From Sminthopsis crassicaudata (taxonomy: Eukaryota), in NCBI RefSeq assembly GCF_048593235.1, contig NC_133619.1, positions 65,114,454 through 65,178,453 of the forward strand: a stretch of DNA of 64,000 nt, given 5' to 3'. Positions 37,500 to 49,736 of this stretch are shown here, in pieces. Within the stretch, counting starts at the first letter, position 1; the number at the start of each line of letters is the position of its first letter. The position numbers and the translations under genes were made by a program. The notes beneath the pieces are model-generated. The model did not search any database. It saw nothing but the letters and a program-made list of their open reading frames with translations, and was not told the origin of the DNA.

Positions 37500-38142
37500 A
37501 CCCATGCATATATCTTGTAAATAAAAAGCTATAAAAAAAGTTTTTTCACACCTCTGTATAAAATTCCAAAATTTCTGTATATTGTTTGTTTTTTATTCAG
37601 GAATGCTTAGAAGTCCTCCATTTTAATTAAAAGTATATTGTTCCCCACTGTAAAAAAAAAAAAAAAAAGAAAACCCAAAAATTGGGTTGAATCATCTCAT
37701 TGTTGAAAATAATCAAGTCTATCACAATTGGTCATCACATAAATTTGTTGCTGTGTATAATATTCTCTTGGTTCTACTCACTTCACTTAGCTTCAGTTCA
37801 TGTAAATTTTTCCAGGCTTTTCTGAACTCAGTCAATTCATAATTTCTTATAGAACAATAAGTAATGTTCTATAACATTCATATGCCATAACTTATTCAGT
37901 CATTCCCCAACTGCCAGGTATCCTCTCAAGTTCCTGTTTATTACCATTACGAAAAGGGATGTTGCAAATAATTTTGCACATTAAGGTCCTTTTCCCTCTT
38001 TTAGGATCTCTTTGGGATACAAGTTCAGTGGAAACACTGCTGGATCAAAGAATATGCACAGTTTGATAGTCCTTTGGGCATAGCTCCAAATTGCTCTCCA
38101 GAATGGTTGGATAAGTTCACAACTCTGCCAAAAATGTAATAC
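37500..38142 (-). mobile_element. L1 3' end
   Basis: CACTTAGCTTCAGTTCATGT, CAGTCATTCCCCAACTG, GGATCTCTTTGGGATAC, CAAATTGCTCTCCAGAATGGTTGGAT. Confidence 0.9.
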
Positions 38143-38337
38143 CCAGCTTTTTAAACTGTGGTTTTTGACTCCATATAGAGTTTCATAACTGAATATGTGG
38201 GTAAAGAAATTATTATTTATTATGAGTAAATATTTGATTTGTATTGCTATATTAAATGCCTGTATACCTAGAGTCACAAAATTGGGGGGGGGGGTAAAAA
38301 GGGATCAAGAATGGAAAAAGTTTAAGAAGCCTTGGTC
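38143..38337 (+). mobile_element. ~190-bp hAT/Charlie MITE
   Basis: Degenerate inverted termini CAGCTTTTTAAACT / AGTTTAAGAAGCCTTG with a recognisable internal consensus. Confidence 0.65.
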
Positions 38338-39549
38338 TAATAGATGGAAGTAATATTAGATCTAATAAGGGGCACTTTGTAGTAGGATCCAAAAGATAAA
38401 GTTCTTTTTATACCATTTATGGACGTGAGTGATATTGGGTAAACTACTTTATCTCGATTTTCCCTGTGTAAAGTAGAAACTTCATCTCTCTCACAGGCTA
38501 TTGAGAAGATTAAAAGCTCATAAATCCTATAACTAGAAAAAGTCTCAGAGACTCTCTAGTCCAAGTCTCTCATTTTACAGATGAGGAAGCTAAAGGCCAA
38601 TAAGAACACACAGCAAGAATCTATCAGAATAAATGAAGGCATTTATATATAAATTGTCTTTGGAATTGTAAAGATGTGCTTGCATAAGATATTGTAATTA
38701 TTATAAAGAGAAGGAGAACAGGCTAGAAGCATAGCTGGGTCATCTTGGTGAGGGGAAAGCTCCTGGAGGAGCCTATTCTACCTATTTTCCCCACTAAGTA
38801 AATGTAGCTGCATGGGAAAAAATCCTAAGACAGATTTGTACATCATCATTTGGGATGCTGATCCCAAGTCCTAGTAAAAAGGGTTCTATAGCTAGAGAAG
38901 AGACTTAGAATTCTCACTAGTTGTTTGTTTGTCTGAAGAAGGCCAGATTCCAAACCAAGAAATTTAAAGGAAGGGTTGAAGGTGAGATTCTCACTTAACC
39001 TACTGGACAGGAAGGTCTACGAACAAGACATGATGACAGATTTTTTTCTTTTGCTACAATGGCCTCTAAAGGAAGGCCAGGGGAGAATGTAGGAGAGATA
39101 AGAAGGGGAGACAAGGGACACCAGTTCTAGAATGGGGCCCTGAAGTCACAGCCCTATGTGATCTGGCCCAGATCACCGACAGGATGAAATGTGGGAATAG
39201 GAGAGGAAAGAAGGCAGGAGGGGCTATTACTGAGGGAGGGGAGCAATGTAAATACCCAGAGCAGCTGAGACAACAGAGCAAATGCAGGAGAAGTGACATG
39301 TTAGAGGAAATGGGACCAGCCAGCCCATAAATTATCCATTGAGAGATGGGGGGAAAAGGGGAAAACCATTGGAGCAGAGAGTCCAGGGGCATAAACAAAG
39401 TCTCTCTGAGAGAAGGACTCAGGCTCTGAGAATGCAAAATGGAGCCTGAGCCAAGGTGGAAAATTGCAAAGAAGACAGGGAAAAGAATTAATTTTCCTAC
39501 AATATTGCAAGTCACTTACCAGTCTTGGTTAATAGTGGGGCTGTCTCAT

Positions 39550-39900
39550 TGTATAGAAGATACTGGTCTGAGAGTCAAGTGACCTTGTCCAAAGTCTACT
39601 AGTAACTTACTGAGTGTTCCTGGACATAGCAACAATAATAACAATACTAACAGTAATAATTAGCATTTATATAGTGCTTTAGAATTTGCAAAGTGATTTG
39701 CAGTATTTCAGTTGATCCCCTCAATAACTCTGAGAAGTAGATGCTATTATTATCTAAGGAACTGAGGCTCATGGAAGTTAAGCATATTTCCCAGAGTCAT
39801 ATAACTAAGATAGTAATTTCTAAGCAAGTATCTGAGATTGTATTTGAACATAGATCTTTTTAAATTTCAAACACAACACCCTATCCCCTGTGCTATGTAA
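39550..39900. mobile_element. Tail-to-tail MIR pair
   Basis: Plus-strand MIR head at 39550-39630, AAT-rich joint, then minus-strand GGAACTGAGGCTCATGGAAGTTAAG core. Confidence 0.65.
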
Positions 39901-40619
39901 CTGCACTGCACCTCAGCATAATTATTTGATGATAATTACAGCAATGATGCCTTGAGTATATTGAATATTTATATTTTCCAAGTGTGCAATAATTCCATAA
40001 GATAGGCAGAACAGCTAATAGCAACTTCATTATATTCATTACTGCTGCTGCTATTACTACTACTATGATCCTTGAATTCCAACCAATTGTCTTCATCATG
40101 AATGAAGAATAATGGCAAAATAATAATGCAAGCCAGAGTGATGTACAAAGGTGACGCTATATACCCAGAGAGAACTGTTGTGGTGTGCTGTGCTGTGAAT
40201 GCTTGGCAAGATTCCTGAAAAAGCCAGATAATTGGGTTCTGTCAATAGTACTGATTGGCATAGTGGAATTGCTCTTATGAATCAAAAGCAGAAAGTTTCC
40301 AGAACCATTCAGATAATCAGTTTGGTATGAGAACAGTAGAGTAAACTTTGTGGTACCCTAAAAAAAGCAAGATAATAATAACAATTAGAATAATTAACAG
40401 TTATATTATATTTTAATGTTTGCAAAGTGTTTTATATATATTATTTCATCTTATTCATGTCAACCCTGAGAGATAAGTGCTACTATTATTCTAATTTTGC
40501 ATACAAGGAAATGGAAATAAGCAGAGGTAAAGTGACTTGTCAAAGTTCACACACTTAGTAAGGATTCTAGGGTCAGTACTCTATCCAATGCACCATCTAG
40601 CTGTCCCAAACTCCCCTTT

Positions 40620-42560
40620 TTAGAATTATTTCTAGCAAATAGTGATGGACACTAAAGTAGAAAATCCAAAAATACGCATGAACAAATTGAAGACATGAAC
40701 ACATCTATCAGGCAACACAAGATTAGAAATAAGTATCACAATTAGAAGCAAGGATTTAATACCAATTTCATTAATGATATCCTTAGCATTAAGTTACACA
40801 ATGCCATCTTGCAGATAAATGTAGGGCAATAATAAGAAACAACTTTATGCCTAAATCTAGATTAGATTAAATAAAAGCAGAAACAGGGAAGTTACATACA
40901 TTCTAAGAGGAAAAAAATGAAGAACCTAATAATATGGTAAATTTTCATTTAATACAGTTTCTAGAAAGGGTACCTGATAATAACATAGATGATTTTTATT
41001 AAAGATTTTTATTTAAAAGATATGTATGAGTAAATTTTCAACATTGACTCTTGCAAAACTTTCTATTCCAAATTGTTCCCTCCTTCCTCCAATCCCCTCC
41101 TCTATATGGCAGGTAGTCCAAAACATAACATAGATGATTTTTAAAAATGATAGTGATTACTAAAATAACCACAAGGAAATGGGCATTCTGACAATGGAAT
41201 TTTCCTTTTATTAAGGTGGAGAGTATAAATCCAACTATTAAACCAATTATACCAAAACAAAGTAATTAAAAAATTAAAAGCTACTAAATTTATTATATCA
41301 TACCAATCATAAACAAATCCATTCTTTCACAATATTTGGCAAAGAGTAAAAACATTTCTGGATCTGCACATAGTAGCACATGTTACACAATTTGCATTGG
41401 GTAATTTATTGATTATCACAAAGTCTTTGACTCTATTCTGTACTCATGGCTTATAAATATATAAAATAGATCCAAGCTTAGTGAGAATATCACAATTTTT
41501 ATGTACACAGAAAAACTGTTCTCCATTTAACACATGACACCAGTACATTAATGTCAAGGGAAATTCATGTTTAAAAAAGGAATCTTCCAGAGAGATAGTT
41601 TAAATTCAATATAGTCTTGCCTATATAGGGACTATAATAATGATAACTTCTGAATATAAGTTAACAAAAGTGAAGGACAATTGTTTTAGAATGTGTTCAA
41701 ATTTTAAAAAAATGTACAACATCAAAGAAATAGGATAAATTGCTACTCCCTTCCCCAATGCAACTATAGAAAAACTAATATTTGATCATCCAAAGGACAA
41801 AGAGGTTTGACAGATGTGTTCAATGAACATGATAATTTAAATTTCAATTTAATTTAAAATTTAGAGAAATATTCTTGGAACAAATAACAAAAGCTGATAA
41901 AAATTATGTCATTAGCTTTGTCATATATAACTTAAAATAGTTCACTCCCTTGAGGCAACCTACAAAATAGCTAAGACCCAATCGGTGAGTGAAAACAATT
42001 TCCATTGGTGACAGCCACATGAACTCAATCAATAGTAGATCAACATAGGAGCATTAAATTGAGTCATTCAGATTTGCTATAGAAATGGATATCTTCATGA
42101 TCATAATTCATGATCAGGTCATTGTTATGGGAAATTATGGAAAGGTTCATCTTAATGAGCCCAGACTTACTGACCAATTATATAAAGGAGTGGAAACTGT
42201 GGCATTTTCCTGAAATATGAGATATCTAGAATTGCACACCAGAAACTCACAATTTTTTAAAACAAACTAATAGACAACAAGTTTTCTGATTACAGATATA
42301 AATGCAAATATATCCTTAAGAATTATACCAAAAAAAAATTCCAGAAATGGAATCACATTATAAACAGTACTGTTGTCCACAATGACCCAGATATAAAATT
42401 GTTCCATAAATATCTAAGAATTTTTTTAAAAAGTAGATATCAAGTGAAATATTCTCAAGCTCCAAACTGTATTAATAAAATGCTTCAAAATATTAATATG
42501 AACTAGAAGAGATTAAAACAATTTTAGGTGAAGAACCACATCTTTCCTGCATTCCTTTCT
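40620..42560 (+). mobile_element. R4/Dong-clade non-LTR retrotransposon fossil (Mam_R4-like): RT plus REL endonuclease region
   Basis: FIDYHKVFDSILYSWL (41405), GIFQRDSL (41579), GQRGLTDVFNEH (~41800), IHDQVIVMGNY (~42105), WNHII...HNDPDI (~42350). These motifs and their order match the R4/Dong ORF. Confidence 0.8.
40998..41124 (-). mobile_element. Short L1 3' tail inserted in the R4 fossil, with perfect 18-bp TSD
   Basis: ATAACATAGATGATTTTT at 40980-40997 and 41125-41142. Confidence 0.9.
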
Positions 42561-45559
42561 TTTACTAAAATAGTAATGAAGTTGTTTTTAGTGAATCTAA
42601 AGATGAAATTATATCTCAATAGCCAATTTTAAAAGCATTTTCTCCATTTGTTCAAATGTCCCCAGAATATTAAATATCAAATAATGGTAAACATGGGCTC
42701 ATAGAGCAAAAGCTCCTGCAGGGCATGATGTCTAGTAAGAGAAACAAGGAAGGTAGTAATCTAAGAGAAGGAAGAAGTTAAAACTGAGACAAGATGGACT
42801 AAATGATTTGCCCAAAGTCACACAGGTAGCAGAGAAAAGACTTGAACTGTGCCCTTAATACCAAGCTCAGAATTCCTTTTCATTGTATCATATTGCCTCA
42901 GATAACTTACTTGAATTCTGTAAATCTTAATTTTTTCATCTGTAAAATGAAAGTTTGAATTAAATCATCTCTGACAGTCTGGTTCCTGCTCTTGTGCTCT
43001 GGCTATTCATCTCTTTTTCAAAATTTAAATTGATATTGATACCTTCTATACTTACATTTACTTTATTTTCCAATGTATACTCTCCATTTTCATATATATA
43101 AAAACTGTAATGTATAATAAAAGTATAAAATATAAATAAGTTAAATATTAGAATATTTATTTAAAAGTTCACCAAAACTAACCAACGTATCAAACAAATT
43201 AGACATTATATGCAGTATTTCATATCCATGGTTGCCTACCTCATCAAAGAAGGGATGGGTGTGCAATCTTGAATTTCTTTGAGGTAAAGATTGGTCATTA
43301 TATATAACTGCTTTTGGATACAATTTTGTTGTTCACATTATTCTTTCCATTTTGCACTGCAATAATCATTGTGTATATTATTTTCTTGGTTCTGCTTACT
43401 GCATTTTGTATCAAATTATATTCTTTTATTCATTCATTATTAAGTCTAGAGAACAAACTGACTCCAGTGAATGAAAGTAATGTTTATAAATGTTTTATTC
43501 TTCTTCAGGCAAGATACATTCAGGATTAGGCTATTCAAGGAGAAAGCTGAATCTAGATTAAGAGATTTACTGTCATCATGAAGTCAAAATTTTGTAGAGG
43601 GAGCATATTTAAAAAGCATAAAATTAAAACAGCATAAAACATTCCATTCTATTTGTGTAACACAATTTATTTCATTATTGCCTAATTTATGGGGAGCTAA
43701 TGTGTTTCCCTTTCTTTTCTACTATAAAAAGTGCTACTACAAGTATTTTGGAATATGTGAAACCTCTTTGTAATATATATGACTGGAATCTCTGGCCTCT
43801 TGTTTATTCCTGTATTAAATTCTTCTGCCCTTTGCATCACATCTGTAGACTGAGGGAGGAGATACCTCAGCTTGGGTTAGAAATGAGTCACAAAGAAAAA
43901 TTCTTTTTTCAAGAAAAGCACAAACTATAACCACAAGTTAAATATACCAGGAATCAGATACCCAGTGTCTCCTCACTAAAAAACTGTGTAGACTTCCCTG
44001 AAGGGTTGGAGTTGTATTTAAAAGCTTTGATGGAAAAGTTCCATTTCAACTCCATCTCCTGGAAGATTGGAGTCTCCTATTCAGTGCTGATTTATTGACC
44101 TTTTCACTAGCTCACAATGGCATACTCACTTTATCCACATCCCCTTAGAAAGCTGTCCCTAAGTTTTTTCTTGTGTTTTTCCCCAGTCTCCAGAAAACTA
44201 CAACCTATCTTCTTCCTACCTGTTCCATTTTATTCCATCTTCTTTCAATCTGCATTTCTCCCTAACAGCCTCAATCAAACTTCTCTCTCTTATTCCCTAC
44301 CTCATTCTATTCCCCAAGGCCTTCCCCAGCTGTAACATGCTTGAAATATTAGAGTTCCTATCTCACATGACTTGGCTACTGTGACAGGCTTCTATCTCTC
44401 CCATAAATTAATTAAATCATAAATATTTCAAACGATCATGCAGCAGCCACTGGCAGAGAAACATAACCTGCTTTGTTGGTCAAATCTCACCAAGACAAAG
44501 CTGCCTCTCTCTTATGCTGCCTGCCAGCCAACTCTCTGGAGCCCCAGTGTATATCTGGGAGAGTATCTTGTGAGAGCCACCCCACTCTCCCTACACTCCC
44601 CTAAGGAAAATATCTGTGCAAGTTGTCCACGGTGGAATGTGTCATGGGAGTTGGAATGGAAAGGAGCTTTAGTTCCTCTGGTTCAACTTTCTCATTTTAT
44701 AGATGAAGAAACTGCAGCTCATAAAGTTGAATAATGTGCCAAGGGTTGCAACTCTAGTCCAACTACATTACCCTACAGCAGAGGAAGATGAGACCCCCCA
44801 AAAGGCTGAATAATTTGGCAAAATTTGCATAGAATAGCAGATTTGAACGTAAGTTCTTTGATTCCAAATTTAGTGTTCTTTCCACTATCCACATTGCCTC
44901 TCTAGGAGGTAGAAAAAGTATTAAGTAAAGATGTAAAGTTCCTGTCCTCTCCAGCCAAGGGCTAGTAGATTATCTAACTTAATCTTCCCCCAGAGTCCCC
45001 ACCAGGAACCTTTCCAATTATCAAAATATCTGACCAGAACTCACATTCTCAGATCTTTAAACACCAGTTCCTGGATGCATCTGTTTCTAAGCTCTTCCCA
45101 TCTTCCTAGCTCCAGCTTCCACAATACTCAGAAATTTAGGAAGGGAAGATGGGAAAACATATATAAATAAAAATTATAGGAATTCAGAATACTATAGAAC
45201 TAAAGAGATCTGATCAGGATTAATGAGCTATCCCTAAGTTAGTCATAATATTCCCAACGCTCACTTTTGTGACATTTGCCAAGATTCATCAGCATTCACC
45301 AGAAGCTGGATGCTCCTTCCTTGTCATTCCAAGCATTAGCATAGAGAATCTAGTTTGTCTTCACAAAATTGTCCAATGTTTAAAGTTGAAAGGTCCATTA
45401 GAGACCATCTAGGAAATGCTATTAATTTGCAAGTTGATGAGCAGGCATCCAAAAAGTCATGGGATCATGAGATCAGAGATGTACATACAACTCTAGAAAG
45501 TTTAAGAAGTCAGGCAGTCCAACTCCATCATTTTATATACTGAATACCAGACAAATCAT

Positions 45560-46040
45560 TTAAGGGTCCCTCCTCTCTCTCTCTCTCTCTCTCTCTCTCC
45601 TCCCCACCTTCATTTCCTGGATTCTCTAGCTTCTTTCAATGTTCAGATCAAACTTCATTTTCTACATGAGACTTTTCCTAGTAGTATTTCCCTACACTAA
45701 CCTCAGCCTCCTGAGATTACATTTCCTTCACACTGAATAGATACATAATAATTTGCATGCTTTCTTTCCCATTCAGACTGAGTTCCTTTAGGGTAGATAG
45801 TGTTTTTGCCCTTTCTTGTTGCTTGTCTTTCTTTCTTGAAGAGAGCCAATAATATCAGGAGTCTTGTCCTGCCTTGTGAGTGAATTTGATTTAAGTGAAG
45901 CAGATCTCTGCAGTCATCAGCCTTACTCTCTCCTTTGCAGTTATATCAGTGGCAAGTCAGTGGCAAGATATAGGTCATTATGATTGGGTATATCCCCAAC
46001 TCCTAGCATAGTATCTGGCTAAGGACACTTAATAAAAGCT
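45560..46040. mobile_element. L2 3' end (+) interrupted by a WALLSI-like SINE (-, 45830-45990); (CT)n at 45571-45598
   Basis: GAGTTCCTTTAGGGTAGATAGTGTTTTTGCC, then GAATTTGATTTAAGTGAAGCAGA...CAGTGGCAAGATATAG, then CTAGCATAGTATCTGGC. Confidence 0.65.
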
Positions 46041-46799
46041 TATTGATAGACAATTGACTAACTGAGAACTAGGGATCAGAAATCAGAAATCTGGTGATTT
46101 ACCAGACTTGGAGTGGAATTCCTGAGTTCTTACCAGTTAACCATTGAGAATCCTTTTTCTCATCATCTACTATTACTTATCTGAGGGTAGCCACTAATCC
46201 TAAAACAAAACTGAACAAAAACTAAACTGGAATGTCACCTCTCCCTTTCTGGATCTGAGTTAATTATCCATTTGGGAAAATTTGCAATAAAATGACAATG
46301 TGTGTATTTTAAACAATTGTGTGTGGACACTAAACTGAACTGTAGTTAATTGTTTAGACTTTATTGTTATATGGTAAACAGTGCTGTTTAGTCATTAAGT
46401 TTATCTGGCTTCCAAGGAATAGACTAGCTATTTTTCATTTCAGCATACATCTATAAATTATTATTCTTATTATTATGTGCAAGCCATTATGCTAGGAACT
46501 GGGGTAAATGTTTAAAAAAAAGTCTATTATTTCTCCCCTCATGCATCTTATAATCTAGTAAAAGAGTACAAGTACAGAAATAGCAACAGCATAAAATAAT
46601 TTGTGTTGAGTGCATAAAACAGTGGAAAGCGATGGCTAATGAATCTAGGCAGAAGCCAGGTTAGAAGAGAGGATAACTAGAGAAAAAAAGAGAGATGGGT
46701 CACATTAGCTCTGTGGAAGCCATCTGCTAGGAGAACTGAGTTCTTTTGAGAACCTAGGGATTAATTCCGAGAGAAATTCTCATCCTGACCAAGGAGTAG

Positions 46800-47030
46800 G
46801 AATAGGGGATAAAATAGGAGGTGGCCTGGAGTCAGTAAATCCGAAGTTTAAATCCAGTCGCAGACATTTATTAGTTGTGTGACTTTGGGCAAGTCAATAA
46901 TCTCTCAGCCACAGTTTCCTTATCTTTAAAATGACAATAATCCTATTTTACAGAGTTGCTGTGAGGATCAAATGAGATAATATTTGTAAAATGGTCTTCA
47001 AACTATAAAGCATTATATAAATGCTAGTTC
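46800..47030 (+). mobile_element. MIR SINE
   Basis: GGCCTGGAGTCAG...GTGTGACTTTGGGCAAGTCA...CAGTTTCCTTATCTTTAAAATG. Confidence 0.9.
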
Positions 47031-47063
47031 TCCTTGTTCTTCTTCCTCATTCTCTCTCCCTTA

Positions 47064-47459
47064 NNNNNNNNNNNNNNNNNNNNNNNNNNNNNNNNNNNNN
47101 NNNNNNNNNNNNNNNNNNNNNNNNNNNNNNNNNNNNNNNNNNNNNNNNNNNNNNNNNNNNNNNNNNNNNNNNNNNNNNNNNNNNNNNNNNNNNNNNNNNN
47201 NNNNNNNNNNNNNNNNNNNNNNNNNNNNNNNNNNNNNNNNNNNNNNNNNNNNNNNNNNNNNNNNNNNNNNNNNNNNNNNNNNNNNNNNNNNNNNNNNNNN
47301 NNNNNNNNNNNNNNNNNNNNNNNNNNNNNNNNNNNNNNNNNNNNNNNNNNNNNNNNNNNNNNNNNNNNNNNNNNNNNNNNNNNNNNNNNNNNNNNNNNNN
47401 NNNNNNNNNNNNNNNNNNNNNNNNNNNNNNNNNNNNNNNNNNNNNNNNNNNNNNNNNNN
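47064..47459. other. Assembly gap
   Basis: Run of N. Confidence 1.
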
Positions 47460-48617
47460 ATCCAAAATTATAGGATCTCTAAGCAGTGCTGGTTTTCTCA
47501 GCTGACATAACTGAACCCCCCAAAATGTTGCTCTTCAGAATTCATTACTAAGCTTTGTAAGTAAGGAGGGAGGAAATTAAAAAAAAAAAAAAAAGGTTGG
47601 AATATTTTTCAAAGCTGTAATCACAAGAAATCAGTTATGGCACGAACACTGAACCCACTGCTTAACATAGTACCTGGAATATAGTAGGTGCTCAATAAAT
47701 TTTTGTTAACTTGACTTGGACTAGAAATCAGGTAAACTGAGCTTTAGACTTGTTTTCTCGAGTATAAAATAAGAGAGTTGGACTATATGAACCCCAAGGA
47801 TTCTTCCAGTTCTGGGGTTCTATCATTTTATGTTGTTGCCTAACAAAATCTGTCCCACAGACCTAAACAACAAGAGGGATTCTCAGGTACATCTTTACCT
47901 GAGGCAAGGGACAGGTAAAATCTCAGATATTAGTTCATCCTAGGTTTGGAGTTTTTCCAGTGCTCTTGGTCTTAACTTCATTTTCCAGTTTGAAAGCTCT
48001 TCTCTAAACACTGCGCTATTATTCACGTTTAGTTTATCTTACCCTATATTCTGCTCCTCTGCTTCAACCACAACACAGGACAGCACAGGGCAAGGCAACA
48101 AGAATTATCAAGACTTTGTTATGTGCCAGGCACTGTGCAAAACACTGGAAAGACAAGAACAAGCAGAAATAAAGACAGTTTCTGTTCTCAAGGAGCTTAT
48201 GCTCTAATGAATATAATGTCTTCTAATGAATATGTCTTCCTATGTGTGTGGAGGCAAGGTAGGGAGTGAAATTCTGAGACAAAGAGGTTTCCAGAGCATG
48301 TAGAAAAAGATGGGTACAAGTCAGGGGTGTAGCATGGAGAGCCCAAACCCTAGGCTAAGTTCCCCTTTTCAGTCCTGATGCCTGGAGAAATGGGAATTTT
48401 TCCTTTCTTGCCCTTTTGGCTACACCTATAGACCTGACAAGCATCTGACTTAAGAAAAAATATTCTGGACTCAGCTTGCAATCCTAGACTATGGCTTAAT
48501 TTAGTCATTTAACTGAGCTGTCTGTCATCTGGAACTGCCCTTTCAGTATTCTTTTCCCCTTAAAGCTCTACACTTCCAGTTCTTTTACCAACTTCTCTCA
48601 GTTCCACCCTTTCTTCC

Positions 48618-48620
<3 letters not shown>

Positions 48621-48666
<46 letters not shown>
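48621..48666. repeat. (CA)n microsatellite; others at 22311-22362, 55041-55100, 55811-55844, 60597-60648, 62282-62328 and (AAC)n at 27214-27238
   Basis: Read directly from the sequence. Confidence 1.
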
Positions 48667-48668
<2 letters not shown>

Positions 48669-48859
48669 TTTCCATTCCAGACGAGTTTACCCTCTGATTT
48701 CTTCAATATTAGATAGTTCTGTGATGTTATCAGTGTAGAGCTGGACACTATTATAAGGGGTGAAGATTTCTATTCATCCATTTCTCTTGGCCCTGTCCTC
48801 TTATTCTCCCTTCACAAGCAGACCATCCGGATTCCTAGGAGTGTTATTTTAGACCTTTT

Positions 48860-49520
48860 GATCTAAATCTGAGTTTGAAATCATGTCATGATGGATTTGT
48901 TATTTATATACCACTCTGATAATACCTTTTGGGTCACCTCTGTTCAATTCTTCCCTGTTGACATGTAACCTATTTTCACATGACATATACCTCTCTATTT
49001 TCCTATATATGACCCACAATTTTAATTTTTTGGAGTCTATGTATGACTCAAAGTCCAACAGTATCCCTGAAGAATATTGATAGTAAAAGCATGAGCTCCC
49101 TCCTTTTTTTCTCATGATAAAAGCTTGAATCATTAAAGACAGCATATAGCTTTCAAAGAAACAACCCAATCTGTCCTAACTCCTTGAATTCTGGGTCCAT
49201 TTTATTTTTCATCTGCATTGTCAGTTCATGATATTTATATTGATGGACCAGATCTATGTACTGTCCACTGAACTATGTATTATAGATTGCACAATAGCAT
49301 TACCCATCTATGCATGTGTGTATGTTTTTTGTGGTAACTCTAAACGATTATGGACTTATTTAAGGAGTGTCTGCAATATTCCAGGATTTGATGTTTTAAT
49401 GCAATCAATAAGCAAAAAGTTATCTATCTGCAAACAGGAGATTCTGGACAACCTTAGTCTCATGCGGATACTCCTTCTTAAACTTGAACCTTGAACTGGA
49501 TTTTATCTATAACATTGAAA
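48860..49520 (-). mobile_element. Old RTE-clade LINE remnant
   Basis: Minus-strand TKVVQNLLFAD (RT FADD motif), followed downstream by RKIERYMSCENRLHVNREEL, which resembles the RTE post-RT QR.MER.M.G..RL....NEEL. Confidence 0.75.
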
Positions 49521-49701
49521 AATCACTCACTGGCCAGCATAGTTTGTCCTTTTAAGTTTCATATGATATTAATAACTATTCATTGAGCAAAGTTATCTTG
49601 CTATATTTTGTAAGAAATCTGGTATAATTTTAATGTACCCATGAGTCACCTTGTTGGAAAAAAAAAAAAAAGCCTTTTAGGTGACATTTTGCTCTACTGA
49701 A

Positions 49702-49736
<35 letters not shown>

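Noticed and set aside
39066-39515. 149-aa minus-strand ORF
   Set aside because: It is the complement of a purine-rich tract, possibly L2-derived, with biased Leu/Pro/Ser/Phe composition and no recognisable domain.
21582-47510. ORFs containing X runs (21.6, 29.1 and 47.0 kb)
   Set aside because: Artefacts of reading through N gaps.
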